Source: the human T2T-CHM13v2.0 reference genome, Homo sapiens. Taken from it: 64,000 bases of DNA. A program made the translations under genes and the position numbers. The DNA lies in the NCBI RefSeq assembly GCF_009914755.1, contig NC_060929.1; one strand, written 5' to 3'. Positions 56,831 to 64,000 of this stretch are shown piece after piece. The notes beneath the pieces were generated by a model. It worked only from the letters and a program-made list of their open reading frames with translations. It made no database searches and was not told the origin of the DNA. Each line of letters begins with the position of its first letter. The stretch's first letter is position 1.

Positions 56831-56900
56831 ATACAAACTGTCTTGTAAGTTATGGTATTTTCCATTCTGATTGATCTGAGGTTCTCAGCTATGGGTTAGG

Positions 56901-57087
56901 TAGGGTTCTAAGATTTAGTAAATAACAATACAGACACTCAGTTAAATGTGAATCTCAGATAAGTGGTTAAGACATTTTTACATAATTATATGACAAATAT
57001 TGTGTGCGATATGCTTGTATTAAAAATTCATTGAAAACCTGAAATTTAAATTTAACTGAATATTTTATGTTTTAACTAGAAATCCTA
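56901..57087. mobile_element. MER53 palindromic MITE
   Basis: tagggtt...aatccta ends; internal inverted pair cagttaaatgtgaatctcag / ctgaaatttaaatttaactg. Confidence 0.85.
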
Positions 57088-57114
57088 TTTAAGATGGGGA
57101 AGGGAGATGATATA

Positions 57115-59365
57115 AATCTCACATCATGTTTCCAAAGAGAAGAATGAGGAAACTATGGAAATTTATCAAATGCAACAACTTATGCCTCCAAACTGGAATG
57201 TAATAACCACTGAAAATATCTTTCAAAAGTGAAGGTGAATAAAGGTATTTACTGATACAAACCTAAATAATTATTTACTATCAGGCCAATACAAATTTTA
57301 ATGTAAAAAACACTCCTTAAGGTAGAGAAAAGATGATCCTATGAGGGAACTAGGAATACAGGAAGAAAAAAGTTAATGCAAAGGGTAATTTTGTGACTAA
57401 ATATAAATGAATATTGATTGTAGAAAATTATAATAATGACTAACAAGTTAAATGTGAGAAGACTGAGTTTTCTATAAGGCAAATTCTTAAAGACTACCCT
57501 GAAAAGTTATGAAAGACTTATTACAATGACAACAATATTTTACCCTAATTATACCCATCGTCTATACAGTATAAATATGCACAACTCTTAACAATAGTGG
57601 AGTATATTTCTCCACCCCTTGAATCGGGGTTGTCCTTGTTCATTGCTTTGTCTGGTAATTTGAGGTGGAAGTGATGGTTTGTGCCAGTTCTCAGCGTACA
57701 TTTCAAGAATCCTCATATAATTTCACTCTGTCACTTAACCCTGTTATGTCCAAGTAAATAAGCTTAGGTTAGCCCATAGAAACATCACAGAGAAGAAAAC
57801 AAGTTGTCTCAGCAAAGGTAATTCTTAAGACATCAACATGAGAGAAAGGCAGCTAAGAATAGAAGAGCTTTGTAATCAACCTGCAAGTTGACCTCAGAGG
57901 TATGAATGGACACATCTTGAACCAGAAAAACCTGCCCACTTGACCGGTACACTTGTGATCAGTAGTAAATATTTATTGGTTTAAGCTGCTAAGTTTGGGA
58001 GTAGTTTGTTAAACAGTAATAACTAACTGATGAGAACCTTCATGCTGCTTAGCACAACACAACTTATATACAAGGTTGAATATAAAAGGTAGGAAAATAT
58101 GCCAACAGCAACAAAAATAAAATATTTTAGCTATCATAATTTCAGAGAAAACAGATCTTAAGGCAAAAAGAATTATTATACTAAGAAAGATATTTCTTAA
58201 GAGTAAAAAACAACTCACCAGAAGTATATTTGAAATCTGTGTGGACATAAAAATGTGGATTCAAAATATATAAAGCAAGATTTACAGAAATTAAAAAATA
58301 CATAAATAATTCCAAAATCAACGGGGGAGGACCTCATCAATAAATGATAGAATGAGACAAATAATCAATGGAGAAAGGGATGATTGAAACAAATAAACCT
58401 GACCTAACTGATTATATAGAGATTACAATACCAACTTATAATATACCCATCTCTCAATTGCACATAAAAAGTACCAAAATTGATTACATGCAGGACTATA
58501 AAGCAAGCTTTAAGAAAATTAGTGAAGTGAACTCATTCATAATATTTTTCTGATCATAGTAAAATGAAGTTAGATGTCAATAACAAAAGAGATTTCTAGA
58601 ATAGTTTCAAATATTGAAATTAAACAAGATACTTCCAAATTACACATGGATCAAAATAGAATTAAAAAATACTTCAACCAACATGGCAATGCAAAGAAAC
58701 ATTAAAAGTTGTGGAATGTAGTTAACCCTGCACTTAGAATAAAATCTATAGCCATAAGTTCATACATTAAAAAAGAGAAAGACTATAAATCAATTATATA
58801 TGTCTATATCTTAAAAAGTTAGAAAATAAAAGCAAATGAATTAAAAGAAAGTGAAAAATTAACTGAGATAAAGTTAAAAAAACAAAGAGTAACATTTAAG
58901 AAAATAGTTATGAGTACAAATGTACAATAAAGAAAATACATAAATCTAAAAGATTAACAGATTAGTAAAATGTATAAACACATAGCAAAGCCAACTAACA
59001 ACAAAACAAAACAAATTAAATTATAAAAATGTTCTGAAGGTATTCAATGATAAATGGGACATTACTATATAAACTAGATATTATAATGATAGCAAGAGGA
59101 TATTATAAACAACTCTTTCAATAAATTTAAAACTAGAAAATTTGGACTAATTCCTAGAAAAAGGCTTAACATGCTAGAAGTGTCACAATAAAATAATGGA
59201 ATATTTGAGTAACAATATACATATATTGAAGATACATTGTTTATAAGTAAACTTCTCACAAATAAACATTTTCAAAAATAAAAATTTAGGCCAAATTCAC
59301 TGACTTATTCTTCTAAACATTTATAAAGAAATAGTAAAAAGATAAAGATTTCTGATTCTCACTAC
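57115..59365 (+). mobile_element. Ancient L1M(E) ORF1-end and ORF2 5' relic, interrupted by an MLT1 LTR
   Basis: gaaaatatctttcaaaagtgaaggtgaataaa (ORF1 end); endonuclease-region motifs from 58060; ttcactg..ttcttctaaacattta at 59296. Confidence 0.65.
57508..58032 (+). mobile_element. MLT1G/H-like MaLR solo LTR
   Basis: gtggagtatatttctccaccccttgaatc...tttaagctgctaagtttgggagtagtttgtta...taactga. Confidence 0.78.
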
Positions 59366-60141
<776 letters not shown>

Positions 60142-60149
60142 GCACCATC

Positions 60150-61355
60150 CACAGGTATCCATTTCAGGAGGATTGCAGACTCAAATATGAAAGAAAAAAT
60201 ATATATATTTCTAGGCAAAAACATAGACAACTATCCTCTGGTATGATATGAATCTCTCATGAGTAAAGACTATGTGTTTTGTAGGTGGGAGTGGAAGGAG
60301 GATGTTAATCCACAGAATCTGATTTATTCCTAGTCAGAGTGCAAAATATAATAACTATGTGTAAAAAAGCACAATTTGATATTTTTAAATAAAAAACATT
60401 TGCATACACATTTACATAATCTAGAGCCCAGCAATTATACTTCTTGGTATATTTACACTCATGAGAAATTTCCACATGTCCATCTGTGTCAGAGGCATAT
60501 ACAAAAATTGTCCTTGGCAGCTCTGTTCATCATAGTGAAATGGGAAGAGTTCCCTTATCCTCCTTGCAGGGTGTGCCATGCGGGTGTGGCTCACTTTTTC
60601 TTTACCCTGCTGTTCATAACCCTAGGGGGAGCACACAGAGGGGCAGGTCATGGGACCTGCTGACCTCAGGCAGCACATAGGATTGAATGTTTACAGCTGA
60701 AGCCCCAGTGGGCGTGTGTAGTGCACTCTTTTAGTTTTGTCCTCTGCAGGCAGCTTGTGTTAATCAGCTCAATTAGACTCTGCCTTATTGCAAGGACAGA
60801 GAGCTTTCTGTATCCTGGGTTCTTGCCTTAGTGTACTGGAAAAATCAGATCATACGTGGGCTTGGAGAATAGGTGCAAGGTTTTATTGAGTGGAGGTAGC
60901 TCTCAGTGGCCTTCTGGGAAGGCCAGAAGGGCGATGGAATGGGAAGGTGGTCTTACCCTGCAGTTGGGCAGCCCACTGGCTGCCCTCTCCTCTGACTGCC
61001 CCTGGCCGAATTCCAAGTCCTCCCTGGGTCAATGGCCTGTGGGCGTTTGCTAGTGCCTGTTGGTGTGCTCTTCCACTCCTCTGCTCCTCTCCAGATCTAG
61101 CTCCCTGTGTCTGCCCGCTAGAGTCTCAGGGGTTTTTATAGACAAAGGATAGGGTCCATGTTGGGCCAGGGTGGTCTTGGAAAAATGCAACATGTGACTG
61201 TGAAAACAGAAATGCTTGTCTTCACCTAGGTCCCTGGGCACAGTCCCGAAGGTGGAGCCCTCGCTTGGGACCCTGCCTTTCTCTACCCAGCACTTCCCAT
61301 CCCCACTCCCATATCAATAGCTAAAACTTGGAAGTATCCCCAAGTGCCTTTCAAC
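60150..61355 (+). mobile_element. L1ME 3' ORF2 fragments split by an ERV1 LTR
   Basis: cccagcaattatacttcttggtatattta...gcagctctgttcatcatag | ctaaaacttggaa. Confidence 0.55.
60536..61316 (-). mobile_element. ERV1 solo LTR of the LTR27/LTR28/LTR1 group
   Basis: TG...CA ends, perfect 4-bp TSD atag, GC-rich; minus-strand tataaaaa (~61135) and aataaa (~60885). Confidence 0.85.
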
Positions 61356-61377
61356 TCTGGAGTAGATGCACAATATA

Positions 61378-63335
<1,958 letters not shown>

Positions 63336-64000
63336 AGTTTCCTACTTGATATTTTATTTTTGTGTCTGCTTATTATTATTTGAGATCTTTTTTAGATTAA
63401 CTTATTGACTATTCTAAATGCTAGATCTTCATATTTTTAAATTGTATCTTTCCCTCCACTGCATATCCAATCTCTTTGATAACAAAGATGCACTTGATGG
63501 CAGCATTATCTCCAATTTTGGGAGTAAATGATTTTTTTTTAATTAAATTGATTTGATATAAAAGTATATCACTTGAAACAGAAATATTCCTTACTGATAT
63601 AGAATTTGTCTTCATAACTTGGAATATCACAAGAGAGATCTGTAATTCTTGGAGGCTATTTTGGGTTGAGGTCAGAGGAACCTTGAATATTTCCTTTACT
63701 TCTTGGGAACTTCCCCTTGTGACGGTGTTCGTTACCTGCTTATATATTTATTATTCTTTTTTTTCCCCCCCTGGGTAAAGTCTTCCCTTAATTTAAAATT
63801 TTCTTACGGCTCATCTGGTTCATTAAATTACCAGAGACTGGGGAGGGGAGGTGGCAAGAGAGGGGAAGATAGCAAGAGGACAAATAAAAAAATCCCAGTA
63901 ATTTAGAAGTGTCTTTGTTTTTCATGAAAGACAGAACAATGCTTTCTTCTCTTTTCTTTATTGTATTTCACTGCCAGCAGGATTCCTTGGTTGAAGACAG

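Noticed and set aside
60536-61316. GC-rich segment as a CpG-island promoter
   Set aside because: Fully explained by an ERV1 solo LTR with TSD, and its CpGs are largely decayed.

Overview
AT-rich primate (Alu-bearing, human-like) genomic DNA with no supportable protein-coding exon, RNA gene, CpG island or CRISPR array. It is intergenic or deep intronic and dominated by transposable-element relics: L1s of many ages, about 11 Alus, MIR/L2, MaLR/ERVL/ERV1 LTRs, Tigger/MER DNA elements and microsatellites. The ORF-track entries are repeat-derived or chance ORFs. The most structured feature is a ~10.4 kb block (28.5-38.9 kb). There, an ancient two-LTR ERV-L provirus (LTR33-like LTRs, decayed gag-pol) splits an L2 and is itself split within gag by a second ERV-L provirus (LTR16-like LTRs, 5-bp TSD). 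The inner gag ends in a gapless 134-bp fold-back inverted repeat. Other notable items are three 5'-inverted (twin-primed) L1s with TSDs, three short non-tandem local duplications, and a young AluY whose poly(A) tail is replaced by poly(C). I found no evidence for a new functional gene system. Repeat subfamily names come from recalled consensus sequences and need RepeatMasker/Dfam confirmation; identities are hand counts and many boundaries are approximate.
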